The position numbers and the translations under genes were made by a program. Of a stretch of DNA of 39,441 nucleotides, positions 25,264-33,476 are shown piece by piece. Where the stretch lies: the sequence record SRR2962707_885; one strand, 5' to 3'. Below the pieces are notes generated by a model. The model saw nothing but the letters and a program-made list of their open reading frames with translations, was not told the DNA's origin and searched no databases. Positions within the stretch are counted from its first letter, which is position 1. Every line of letters starts with the position of its first letter.

Positions 25264-25710
25264 ATGGGTATCATTCAAAAAATCGAATCGATTAACCCGC
25301 CCATTTTGGTAGATTTTCTTCGCATCGCTCTGGGTGGGTTTATCACTTACAAGGGAATTGTTTTTGCGAGCAACTTTGACAGTTTCACAGCTAATATTCA
25401 GTCGGTAGGCTGGGTTTTCGTAGCGGCGCACCTGGCGCATGCTATTATTTTCATTCACATGGCAGGAGGAATTATCCTGATGACCGGGGCACTCACACGT
25501 TGGATGTGCTTGTTGAATATTCCAATATTAGCGGGTGCTGTGATTTTCAATTACAAACAGATGCTCACAGCCGATAACTATATGGAATTACCGATGGCAG
25601 CTATCACATTGGGCGCACTTATCCTGGTAGCGATTACCGGCAGTGGTAAGTTTTCACTGGATTACATACGAGAGCAGCGTATAAAAATGAAGTCGGCGAC
25701 TAGCGGATAA
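25264..25710 (+). CDS. DoxX family membrane protein
   Basis: LRIALG, GALTRW, PILAGAV, GSGKFSLD; upstream ATG at 25240 also possible. Confidence 0.88.
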   Translation: MGIIQKIESINPPILVDFLRIALGGFITYKGIVFASNFDSFTANIQSVGWVFVAAHLAHAIIFIHMAGGIILMTGALTRWMCLLNIPILAGAVIFNYKQMLTADNYMELPMAAITLGALILVAITGSGKFSLDYIREQRIKMKSATSG

Positions 25711-26860
25711 GCAATGAGCTGTCTCCATAGCTGAGGAACCGATACTGGTTTTTTAGTGCGGACTGATAGACCTTCCTCCAATCATCTCCGATGAATGATG
25801 CTACTAATAGTATAAGCGTAGAGCCCGGAAGGTGATAGTTGGTGACTAATCCGTCGCAGATTTGAAATTTGTAACCGGGGTAGATAAATATCTCAGTTTG
25901 CCCACCCAGTTTTTCTACTCCGGCTTTTTCCATTTGCTCCAACACGGCATTCAACGCTTGTTTGCGGTCTATTGCTTTTAATAAATAGGGGTCACTTTTT
26001 TTGACGAAAAAGTCATGCTCACCATTTACTAACTTTACTCCATACCAGTAGACACTTTCGAGCGTTCGCATGGAAGTGGTCCCTACTGCAATCACTTTTT
26101 TAGCATCGAGCAGGTTTTTGATATTTTCTTTACTAATCCAAATTTGCTCGTTGTGCATGGGGTGGTCACTAATCTTCTTACTTTTGATAGGCTGGAATGT
26201 ACCAGCTGATACGTGTAAGGTGAGGTAATCGGCATTGATCCCTTTATTTTTCAATGAATCGATAATTTCATTAGTGAAATGCAAACCGGCTGTTGGAGCA
26301 GCAACTGCACCTTTCATCTTAGAATACACCGTCTGGTATCGGTCCTCATCTTCCTGCTCCACCTCCCGATCGATGTAAGGCGGGAGTGGGATTTTACCTA
26401 TTTCTGTGAGGAAGTCGGAAAAAGTAAGGCCACTCTCCCAGGAGAATTCGACCTCATCCTGTCCCACCCGTGTAGCAGTCATTGACAGCTTGTCAATTTT
26501 TAGTGAGGTATCAGCTTTCCATTTCTTGGCATTGCCAATCATGCATTTCCATGTGCAGGTTTTACTGGCATTCATTACTTCCTCATGAACTTTCGAAGGC
26601 TTTAGTGGTTCCAGTAAAAAGATTTCGATACGAGCGCCACTGTCCTTGTGCATGATAATTCTGGCTGGAATAACTTTCGTGTCATTAAATACAAGAAGCG
26701 AATCAACAGGAATTAGGTCATTGATCTGCTTAAATTCGTGGTGCGAAATATCACCTTTGTTATAAAAGAGGAGCCTGGAACCAGCTCGTTCTTTTGGTGG
26801 ATGTTTCGCAATCCTGTCTTCAGGCAGGTCGTAAATAAAGTCTTCTAATTTTAGATCCAT
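25700..26860 (-). CDS. queA: S-adenosylmethionine:tRNA ribosyltransferase-isomerase
   Basis: YDLPEDRIA..P, NDTKVIPAR, PLPPYI.R, YQTVY, GAVAAPTAGLHF, VGTTS.RTLES, TNYHLP.STL, YRFLSYGD. Confidence 0.96.
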   Translation of the reverse strand: MDLKLEDFIYDLPEDRIAKHPPKERAGSRLLFYNKGDISHHEFKQINDLIPVDSLLVFNDTKVIPARIIMHKDSGARIEIFLLEPLKPSKVHEEVMNASKTCTWKCMIGNAKKWKADTSLKIDKLSMTATRVGQDEVEFSWESGLTFSDFLTEIGKIPLPPYIDREVEQEDEDRYQTVYSKMKGAVAAPTAGLHFTNEIIDSLKNKGINADYLTLHVSAGTFQPIKSKKISDHPMHNEQIWISKENIKNLLDAKKVIAVGTTSMRTLESVYWYGVKLVNGEHDFFVKKSDPYLLKAIDRKQALNAVLEQMEKAGVEKLGGQTEIFIYPGYKFQICDGLVTNYHLPGSTLILLVASFIGDDWRKVYQSALKNQYRFLSYGDSSLLIR

Positions 26861-26865
26861 AATGA

Positions 26866-27927
26866 ATGAGGCTCGAAGTTAAACCGTACGTATTTGATTT
26901 TAAATTTTCTGCGCGGACGAGTAGAGGTGATATGGCAGACCGAAAGGTTTGGTTTATCAAATTGACGGATGAGGAAGACCATCACGGAATTGGAGAAGTG
27001 GCACCTATTTCGCGTCTGAGTCCGGAGGATGTGGAAGATATTCCGGATTTTCTGGAGAAGCTAAAAACTGAAGTCAGCAAAGTACAAATCCCTTCTACGG
27101 AGCAGGAAGTCTTTGATCTGGTAGATCGAATGATTCCTAAGGCCATGCCAAGTATTCGATTTGGATTGGAAATGGCCCTATTGGATTTGATTAATGATGG
27201 GCAGAAGCATATTTTCTCATCTGACCTTCAAAGCATCAAAATTCCAATAAATGGACTTATTTGGATGGGGGATGAGGGCTTTATGCACGAGCAGATTAAG
27301 GAGAAGCTCGAGGCAGGGTTTCAGTGTATTAAGCTCAAGGTTGGGGCGTTGGATTTTGAGACAGAGCTGAAAATCATCAAATCGCTGCGGCAAATTTCCG
27401 AGGATTTGATAATCAGGCTTGATGCAAACGGAGCATTTAAAACCGAGGAGGTTCTATTCAAATTAAGAGATCTGAGCAAATTCAATATTCATAGCATTGA
27501 GCAACCCATTATGCCGATGCAGCCAGAGGCAATGGAGCTGGTTTGCAACCGAAGCGAAATACCCATCGCATTGGATGAGGAACTGATCGGAATAAATGGT
27601 TCGCGGGATCGTGTGGATTTAATTCAGGAGCTAAAACCTCACTACCTGGTTTTGAAACCTACTTTACATGGTGGTTTTGCCTCGGTAAAGGAATGGATTG
27701 ATTTGGCAGAAATGCATGGTGTAGAGTGGTGGATTACCTCATACCTGGAATCCAATCTTGGCCTGAATGCTATCGCCCAATTTGCCAGTTTGTATCCGCA
27801 GAATGAAGAATTTCATGGCTTGGGTACTGGTAGCCTGTACCACAATAATATTGAGTCGCCGATCATCATTGATCGAGGCTATTTCACCTATGCTAAATCG
27901 AGTGTATGGGGAGAAGTTGGATTTTAA
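26866..27927 (+). CDS. menC: o-succinylbenzoate synthase (enolase superfamily)
   Basis: TSRG, IPINGLIWMG, CIKLKVG, RLDANG, SIEQP, ALDEEL, LKPTLHGG, WWITS.LES, GLGTG.LY. Confidence 0.85.
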   Translation: MRLEVKPYVFDFKFSARTSRGDMADRKVWFIKLTDEEDHHGIGEVAPISRLSPEDVEDIPDFLEKLKTEVSKVQIPSTEQEVFDLVDRMIPKAMPSIRFGLEMALLDLINDGQKHIFSSDLQSIKIPINGLIWMGDEGFMHEQIKEKLEAGFQCIKLKVGALDFETELKIIKSLRQISEDLIIRLDANGAFKTEEVLFKLRDLSKFNIHSIEQPIMPMQPEAMELVCNRSEIPIALDEELIGINGSRDRVDLIQELKPHYLVLKPTLHGGFASVKEWIDLAEMHGVEWWITSYLESNLGLNAIAQFASLYPQNEEFHGLGTGSLYHNNIESPIIIDRGYFTYAKSSVWGEVGF

Positions 27928-27975
27928 ATCTCAAAGTAAATTTTCATTACCTCATGGGTGGGATGATCCAGGCAG

Positions 27976-28002
27976 AAAAATAAAGCCCCGAAATTCGAGG
28001 CT
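27976..28002 (-). terminator. Terminator after NTF2-like gene
   Basis: Minus strand AGCCTCGA-ATT-TCGGGGCT followed by TTATTTTT. Confidence 0.7.
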
Positions 28003-28009
28003 AAGACAA

Positions 28010-28474
28010 TTAATGTTTGTGGTAGACTTTTGCGACTATTTTCCAGCCACTGTCAAATTTCAGTAAGCTCAAATAATCGGTGTAAACCAGTTTACCCTGA
28101 TTTCTTAACTCCACTTTGACCTGTGCAGCTCCACCTGTTACATCAATGTTGGCAAATGTGTGTTTCCATATATTTTTTTCATCTTCAGGGTTATAATCGC
28201 CTGCTTTTCGTTTCTTCACACCAGCCACCCAATCTCCAATGGGGTACTTGCTGATTTCTTCCCCATTAGCTGAGTAGATCGCAAAGTCTTTATGAAAACC
28301 ATTTGCCATGGATTCGGCATCCAGTTCATTAAACGCTCCATTTATGTAGGATTCCAGTACGACATTTTTTACGGCTTCTTCATTTTCTGAAGTGGAATCT
28401 GAAATGGGCATGAACGCAAATAGGCATGTAGCCACTAGTCCAATGATTGCAAGAAATTTGAATGTAGATTGCAT
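28010..28474 (-). CDS. Exported NTF2-like (Lumazine_bd_2/SnoaL-type) protein
   Basis: Signal peptide; YING, FH, IDVTGGAA.VKV, YTDYLSLLK...GWKIVAKVY. Confidence 0.85.
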   Translation of the reverse strand: MQSTFKFLAIIGLVATCLFAFMPISDSTSENEEAVKNVVLESYINGAFNELDAESMANGFHKDFAIYSANGEEISKYPIGDWVAGVKKRKAGDYNPEDEKNIWKHTFANIDVTGGAAQVKVELRNQGKLVYTDYLSLLKFDSGWKIVAKVYHKH

Positions 28475-28500
28475 GTTTGAGTTGGTTTGATTTCTAGCTC

Positions 28501-28527
28501 AAACGTGTTTACCAAAAGGTAGGTTTA
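28501..28527 (-). promoter_or_regulatory. Possible ECF sigma promoter for NTF2-like gene
   Basis: Minus strand TAAACC-N16-CGTTT resembles the AAC/CGT ECF consensus. Confidence 0.3.
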
Positions 28528-28531
28528 AGAA

Positions 28532-28834
28532 TTACTGCAATAGATCAAATTCGCCCATTTCCTCCTCTGAATCATAAAGGCCTTTGTTTTTCTCATTGAG
28601 CTGATCATACTCCGCTTTGTTTTCGTCGAGAAAATCCTGATAGTCGGCTTTAGACATCCACTTGTCAACAAGGATGTAAGTTTTGCCATCTCCACTTTTC
28701 ATCAGATCATGCCCCAGGTAATCTTCACAGGATTCAAAAAACTTGAACCAACTACCATTTCGACCATATTCTTCTTCAAACTTGGATTGGTTAGATGACA
28801 CTTGATACTTCCAAACGAGACAGTACATTGACAT
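28532..28834 (-). CDS. Antibiotic biosynthesis monooxygenase (ABM)-like protein
   Basis: VWKYQV, FEEEYG.NGSW, YLG..L, D.W.S...Y. Confidence 0.75.
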   Translation of the reverse strand: MSMYCLVWKYQVSSNQSKFEEEYGRNGSWFKFFESCEDYLGHDLMKSGDGKTYILVDKWMSKADYQDFLDENKAEYDQLNEKNKGLYDSEEEMGEFDLLQ

Positions 28835-28889
28835 AGTTTCTTGGTTTGAGGTTAGCTAAAGATATAGAAATATGTAGATATGAAAGTGA

Positions 28890-30371
28890 ATGGTCGAAAA
28901 ATTACTATGGCCTCTTGACTATTATCGACTGGATTCCTTACTTACCAATCGCAACGTGCTTGAAAGACATATGCAGCAGATTATCGAATTGATGGAGATT
29001 GGGGCTATTGGCATCTTTGCCGCCTACACACTGGTTCTTTACAATCAGGTGAGGAGGCGCTACTATCTCTACCTGGGACTGATGTCTTTTTTCATTTTTC
29101 TAAGGGCAACTCTGGTGGACGATGGGTCCATGATTTTTTTCACATTCTTTCCGGATGTCTCTTTAGAGATGGGTAGGAAAATCGAATACTTCAGCAGCTA
29201 CTCCGGTGCGCCACTATCCGTGCTATTTTGCTACAGTTTGTACCCCTTTCCTGCCATCAGACGATTCGTGAATATTTTTCTTATTGTGTGTGGCCTGTTA
29301 ATGCTTTTCGTACTTGTTACTCCTTACAGTATTTTTTATCACACACTAGGCATCAACGCAATACTCGTTCTTTTTTCCTATGTATTTATGTATTCTGTGT
29401 TGGTTAGGGCTGTTAAGCACCGTAAAGTGGGCTCCATTTATGTTCTTACAGGTACTGTTTTATGCTTTCTGTTTGTTATGGCAGAACTATTGAAAATCGG
29501 AGGCGTTATTTCGTTTAATGCCGGTCCCAACCTGGTGAATTCGGGATTTATCATTTTTATCTTTTTTCAGTCCATCGCCCTTTCAGAAATTTTTGGTCAT
29601 TCCTTCCGGGAAAATCAAGAGCTAAATAAAAACCTGGAAAAGAGAGTGGAAGAAAAGACGGCTGAACTTTCACGTGCCAGCCTGCTTCGAGATACCTTGA
29701 TTCGAATTGTTAGTCATGATATAAGAGGTCCAATGAGCAACCTCAAAAGCGTAATCTCACTTGTGCGCGAGGATCAAATTGATGTAGATCAGGCCAAAGA
29801 GTTCATGGGTAAAATTGATAAAGGTGTGGATCATACCATTCAAATGTTGGATGAATTAATGGAGTGGGGGCATGCGGCATCTGAAAATAAACGGATCGAC
29901 CAGAAAGAGTTGAATATTTGGGAGATGATTGAATCAATCGCCGAAAGCCTAAGACCCAACATCGAAAGCAAAAATCTTGATTTCACATTGACAGGTGATC
30001 TGGAAGCCAGATGTTTGTTTGATCGAAATGCTTTTAAGGTGGTGATAAGGAATTTAATATCCAATGCCATAAAGTTTACTGAAAAAGGTGGACACGTGGG
30101 TGTGAATGTGAAGAATGGAATTGACGATGTTTTAATTGAGGTCAGAGATAGTGGGATTGGTATCCCTGATAAGATGAAGGCAAACCTATTTGAAATGCAG
30201 AAAGATAATAAACGGGTAGGCACGGCAAATGAAAAAAGCAGCGGGGTTGGACTGTTTATCTGCAAAGATTTAGTAACACAAAATGGAGGTAGCCTTGAAG
30301 TAATGGATAATCCGAATGGTAAAGGATCGGTTTTCAAGTTTACTTTGAAATCGGTTGAAGCAAGTAATTAG
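28890..30371 (+). CDS. Sensor histidine kinase with 7TM-DISM-like membrane domain
   Basis: 7 TMs, VSHDIRGP, RNLISNAIKFT, DSGIGI, GTANEKSSGVGL..CK; start uncertain (28890 or 28971). Confidence 0.9.
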   Translation: MVEKLLWPLDYYRLDSLLTNRNVLERHMQQIIELMEIGAIGIFAAYTLVLYNQVRRRYYLYLGLMSFFIFLRATLVDDGSMIFFTFFPDVSLEMGRKIEYFSSYSGAPLSVLFCYSLYPFPAIRRFVNIFLIVCGLLMLFVLVTPYSIFYHTLGINAILVLFSYVFMYSVLVRAVKHRKVGSIYVLTGTVLCFLFVMAELLKIGGVISFNAGPNLVNSGFIIFIFFQSIALSEIFGHSFRENQELNKNLEKRVEEKTAELSRASLLRDTLIRIVSHDIRGPMSNLKSVISLVREDQIDVDQAKEFMGKIDKGVDHTIQMLDELMEWGHAASENKRIDQKELNIWEMIESIAESLRPNIESKNLDFTLTGDLEARCLFDRNAFKVVIRNLISNAIKFTEKGGHVGVNVKNGIDDVLIEVRDSGIGIPDKMKANLFEMQKDNKRVGTANEKSSGVGLFICKDLVTQNGGSLEVMDNPNGKGSVFKFTLKSVEASN

Positions 30372-30536
30372 GGAATTCCATAAATCTTAATCATTTTTTT
30401 GAAATTTGTTGAATTCGTTTTTTGATCAAAGAAAATTTTAATTACCATTATATTTCAAGAAGGTTATAACCGGTTTAATTGAATTTTAGGCATTATGCCT
30501 AATTAAAAATAGATATTCGATCCTCGGTATTTCTTG

Positions 30537-30544
30537 TATTTTTG
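30537..30544 (+). promoter_or_regulatory. Bacteroidota -7 promoter element
   Basis: TATTTTTG, 18 nt upstream of ATG 30563. Confidence 0.55.
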
Positions 30545-30562
30545 TAGAGAATAATTTTGCCA

Positions 30563-31036
30563 ATGGAAACACTCACAGCAGAAGAAAGAGCAGAGCGGAG
30601 AGCCGCAAGGAGAGCTGCCAGAAAAGCAGCGAAAACTGAGAAGGAGTACACCATACTTTATGTAGATGATGAAATGCCAAACTTGAGAGGTTTCAAATCG
30701 ACATTCAGAAGGCTTTATAATGTTCATACTGCTTTAGGTCCACAGGAGGCCCTTGAGGTTGTCAAAAAGGAAAAAATAGATTTGATTGTAACAGATCACC
30801 GGATGCCTCACATGTCCGGAGTTGAGTTATTGAAAGATGTCTTTGCATCCCATCCTCACATCAAGCGTATGATTTTGAGTGGCTTTATCAAAAAGGCAGA
30901 TCTTTACGAAACAATAGGTGATTTTGGTATTCATGATTTTGTCACCAAACCATGGGATTTCGAAGACCTGAATGGCATTTTTCAGCGAATCCTCACCACA
31001 GATGCTGATGTGAAGGACTTCAGTAAGCTTGGATAA
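30563..31036 (+). CDS. Single-domain response regulator with charged N-terminal extension
   Basis: YVDDE, VTDHRMP, LSG, TKPW; ATG at 30563 preferred over TTG 30557. Confidence 0.9.
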   Translation: METLTAEERAERRAARRAARKAAKTEKEYTILYVDDEMPNLRGFKSTFRRLYNVHTALGPQEALEVVKKEKIDLIVTDHRMPHMSGVELLKDVFASHPHIKRMILSGFIKKADLYETIGDFGIHDFVTKPWDFEDLNGIFQRILTTDADVKDFSKLG

Positions 31037-31038
31037 GG

Positions 31039-32187
31039 CTAGGCTTCTACTTGGATAGAAGCTTCATTTGATGAAGCTTGAAAAACTCCCCCCATTTCGT
31101 TTACCAATGCATGGATTATGCTCTTTTGAGAATCTCCAATACTGTTTCCATTAGTAAGCACCACTTTTAAAATGATATTTTTCTTAATTGATTGAAGGCT
31201 TATTTGCAGTTTTTCTAAATCCTCCTGCTCAATGTCAGTTATTATCTTCTGCAAAATAATCCCCAACAGAATGGCCTTTTCATGGAATATCAGTTTGTCT
31301 TCTAGGTTTACTTCAAGGTCTTTAATCCCCATTGACTGCACAAATGAGGATATAAGTTTTTCCAGGTATGGTTTGATGGCTACCTGCTTGTAGTCCTCTG
31401 TATGATACAATGGATCATGGGCACGTGCTATGGTATGAATACTTTTCGTTACTCCGGTAAGCTCCTCCTTGATTTTTGGTTTGCCATAAGTCTCCAGTTC
31501 TATTAGACTATTAATGAGCAGGAGGTTGTTCTTTACGCGGTGGTGTACTAACCTTAGTAGCTCGGATTTTTCTTTCAGGTTGGCACTAATTTCTTCTTTA
31601 TACTTCTTTTGATTACTTAGTTCAGTTTTAGCTCTGGTGAGGTTTCTTCTGGTGATATTGGAAAAACTGTGTGTGACAAAAATGTGGATGATGGTTACTA
31701 TTAAAACAACAACCAAATCCAGCCAGCGCGCAGAAGGTACTTTTCTGGAAGGGTATAGTCCATACTGTTCGCCAAAGACGATGTAGGCAAGGCAAAGAAG
31801 CACGATGGCAGTGGTGATAACAACTCCTCTGACGTTCATTATCAGACTTGAGAACAACACGATTACCGGCAACACGATTATCCCTGTTTCATGAACGCCG
31901 TTACCCATCGTACAGCTAAGTGTTGTGGCAGCAATCAGGATTGCAATGAGGGTGATAACGGAAATATTAATCAACCCCCTATTAAGTGCCGCTAGGGAGA
32001 TCAGGCAAAATATTGGAACAGTTAGAATAGTCAATGCAATCCGGGGTAGTCCTAGTGAAAAATTCACTATTGCCAAAATCACAGCCACTAATGGTATAAT
32101 GAACAGAAATGTCTTTAGTAAAAAACCAATCTCTTGTTTAGAGTGATCGTCTAATGATTGATCATATGGTAGCCACTTAGAGTTCAT
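31039..32187 (-). CDS. Membrane HisKA_2-domain protein with degenerate ATPase domain
   Basis: ~6 TMs, LVHHRVKNNL H-box, IARAHDPLY; N and G boxes not recognisable. Confidence 0.8.
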   Translation of the reverse strand: MNSKWLPYDQSLDDHSKQEIGFLLKTFLFIIPLVAVILAIVNFSLGLPRIALTILTVPIFCLISLAALNRGLINISVITLIAILIAATTLSCTMGNGVHETGIIVLPVIVLFSSLIMNVRGVVITTAIVLLCLAYIVFGEQYGLYPSRKVPSARWLDLVVVLIVTIIHIFVTHSFSNITRRNLTRAKTELSNQKKYKEEISANLKEKSELLRLVHHRVKNNLLLINSLIELETYGKPKIKEELTGVTKSIHTIARAHDPLYHTEDYKQVAIKPYLEKLISSFVQSMGIKDLEVNLEDKLIFHEKAILLGIILQKIITDIEQEDLEKLQISLQSIKKNIILKVVLTNGNSIGDSQKSIIHALVNEMGGVFQASSNEASIQVEA

Positions 32188-33344
32188 TTTTTCATGCTTG
32201 GCTGGAACGTAAAGACTATCTCATTCGGTGACCTATTTAAGGATCCTTTTAATTGTTTTGTCAATAACTCCATTACCACTCCCAGGTCATCCCGATCACC
32301 GTTTTCAAACCCACTTAGTTTCAATTCAATATTTCCCTTTTTAATTAAGAGTCTAATTGCCAAAGAATGGGAAGCATTTTGATCTACTTTATGTACCAAT
32401 TCGATAAGAAAAATTCCAAAATGGATGGCCTGATCCAGACTAATGATACAAAAAGCAGTGTCGATATCTACATGCAGAATTGGTGTAGTTAGTTTCTTCT
32501 CATATCGGGCTAGAATTTCACGGGTTAGCTCTTTAACATCCAGAAGGATAGGGGTTTTATCCTCTAATAGAATGCCATGAGCTGCCTCAATTACAATGAT
32601 TTTTCTTTTGAGGCTGTCATGAACAGCGATCAGTTCATCATTATCATTTGGGTTATGCTCTATCAACTGCCTTATGTGACCCAGGCTATTGATAACCGCA
32701 TTGTGAATTTCCTCAATTATTTCCTCTTTCTGTTCAATTTGAATTGCCAGATGATCAGCCTCATTTTTACTCACTTCGATTTCTTTTTGTGCTTTTTTTA
32801 AAGAAGCCTTCATATTTCTGGTCATACTGAACGCGACAAATCCACCAATACAAATGAGAAGCCCTGAAATAAGAAAATCCCCAGCTCCATCCATTGTGAC
32901 ATTGTTTGGGGTATACCAGTTAAACTGATCACCAACGACCAACCATGAAAGTCCTAAAATGCTAAGGGTGGATGCGATTATGAGTTGCTTTTGGTCCAAA
33001 ATAATACTCGAAAATCCAATAATGATCGGAAATCCGATTAACCCAATATCATGAATGCCATTGCCAAGCGAACATACAGCTGTTAGAAGTATGGTAAAAA
33101 AAATAGCCACTGTCATCATGGATCTTTGCAATTCTCCATGAAGGAATAATTGGCGAATGCCAAATGTGGCAAGAATGGCAACACCCAGAATAATAGCCAG
33201 ATCCCAATCTGAATGGAGTATTTGTCTTACCAGCACGATAAAGAAGAATATCGGAAAAATGATAAATGCAATATTCAAAGCACCAGCGATGCTTTCTAAC
33301 TCGCTTCCAGCATATTTTTCAGGCGTGTGTTTTAAGAGTCTCAA
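32184..33344 (-). CDS. Membrane HisKA_2-like protein, degenerate paralogue of neighbour
   Basis: ~6 TMs, shared GNG(I/V)H(D/E).G motif, EIHNAVINSL, LTKQLKG; 4-bp overlap; TTG start. Confidence 0.75.
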   Translation of the reverse strand: MRLLKHTPEKYAGSELESIAGALNIAFIIFPIFFFIVLVRQILHSDWDLAIILGVAILATFGIRQLFLHGELQRSMMTVAIFFTILLTAVCSLGNGIHDIGLIGFPIIIGFSSIILDQKQLIIASTLSILGLSWLVVGDQFNWYTPNNVTMDGAGDFLISGLLICIGGFVAFSMTRNMKASLKKAQKEIEVSKNEADHLAIQIEQKEEIIEEIHNAVINSLGHIRQLIEHNPNDNDELIAVHDSLKRKIIVIEAAHGILLEDKTPILLDVKELTREILARYEKKLTTPILHVDIDTAFCIISLDQAIHFGIFLIELVHKVDQNASHSLAIRLLIKKGNIELKLSGFENGDRDDLGVVMELLTKQLKGSLNRSPNEIVFTFQPSMKK

Positions 33345-33476
33345 AATGCGGTTAGTTGGTTAACTTAAAACTAAGGGAAAATTTTGAAGCATGATTGTTA
33401 CTCTTTTGCCACCACTCATACAATTCTCATAACTTTCCGCCCTTTTACTCGTAACTAACCCGAACCAAAACCCATT

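Noticed and set aside
25054-25458. 134-aa minus-strand ORF in the track
   Set aside because: Overlaps the DoxX gene antisense and crosses the regulatory region; no recognisable motifs; the 33-aa ORF in another frame explains the terminator better
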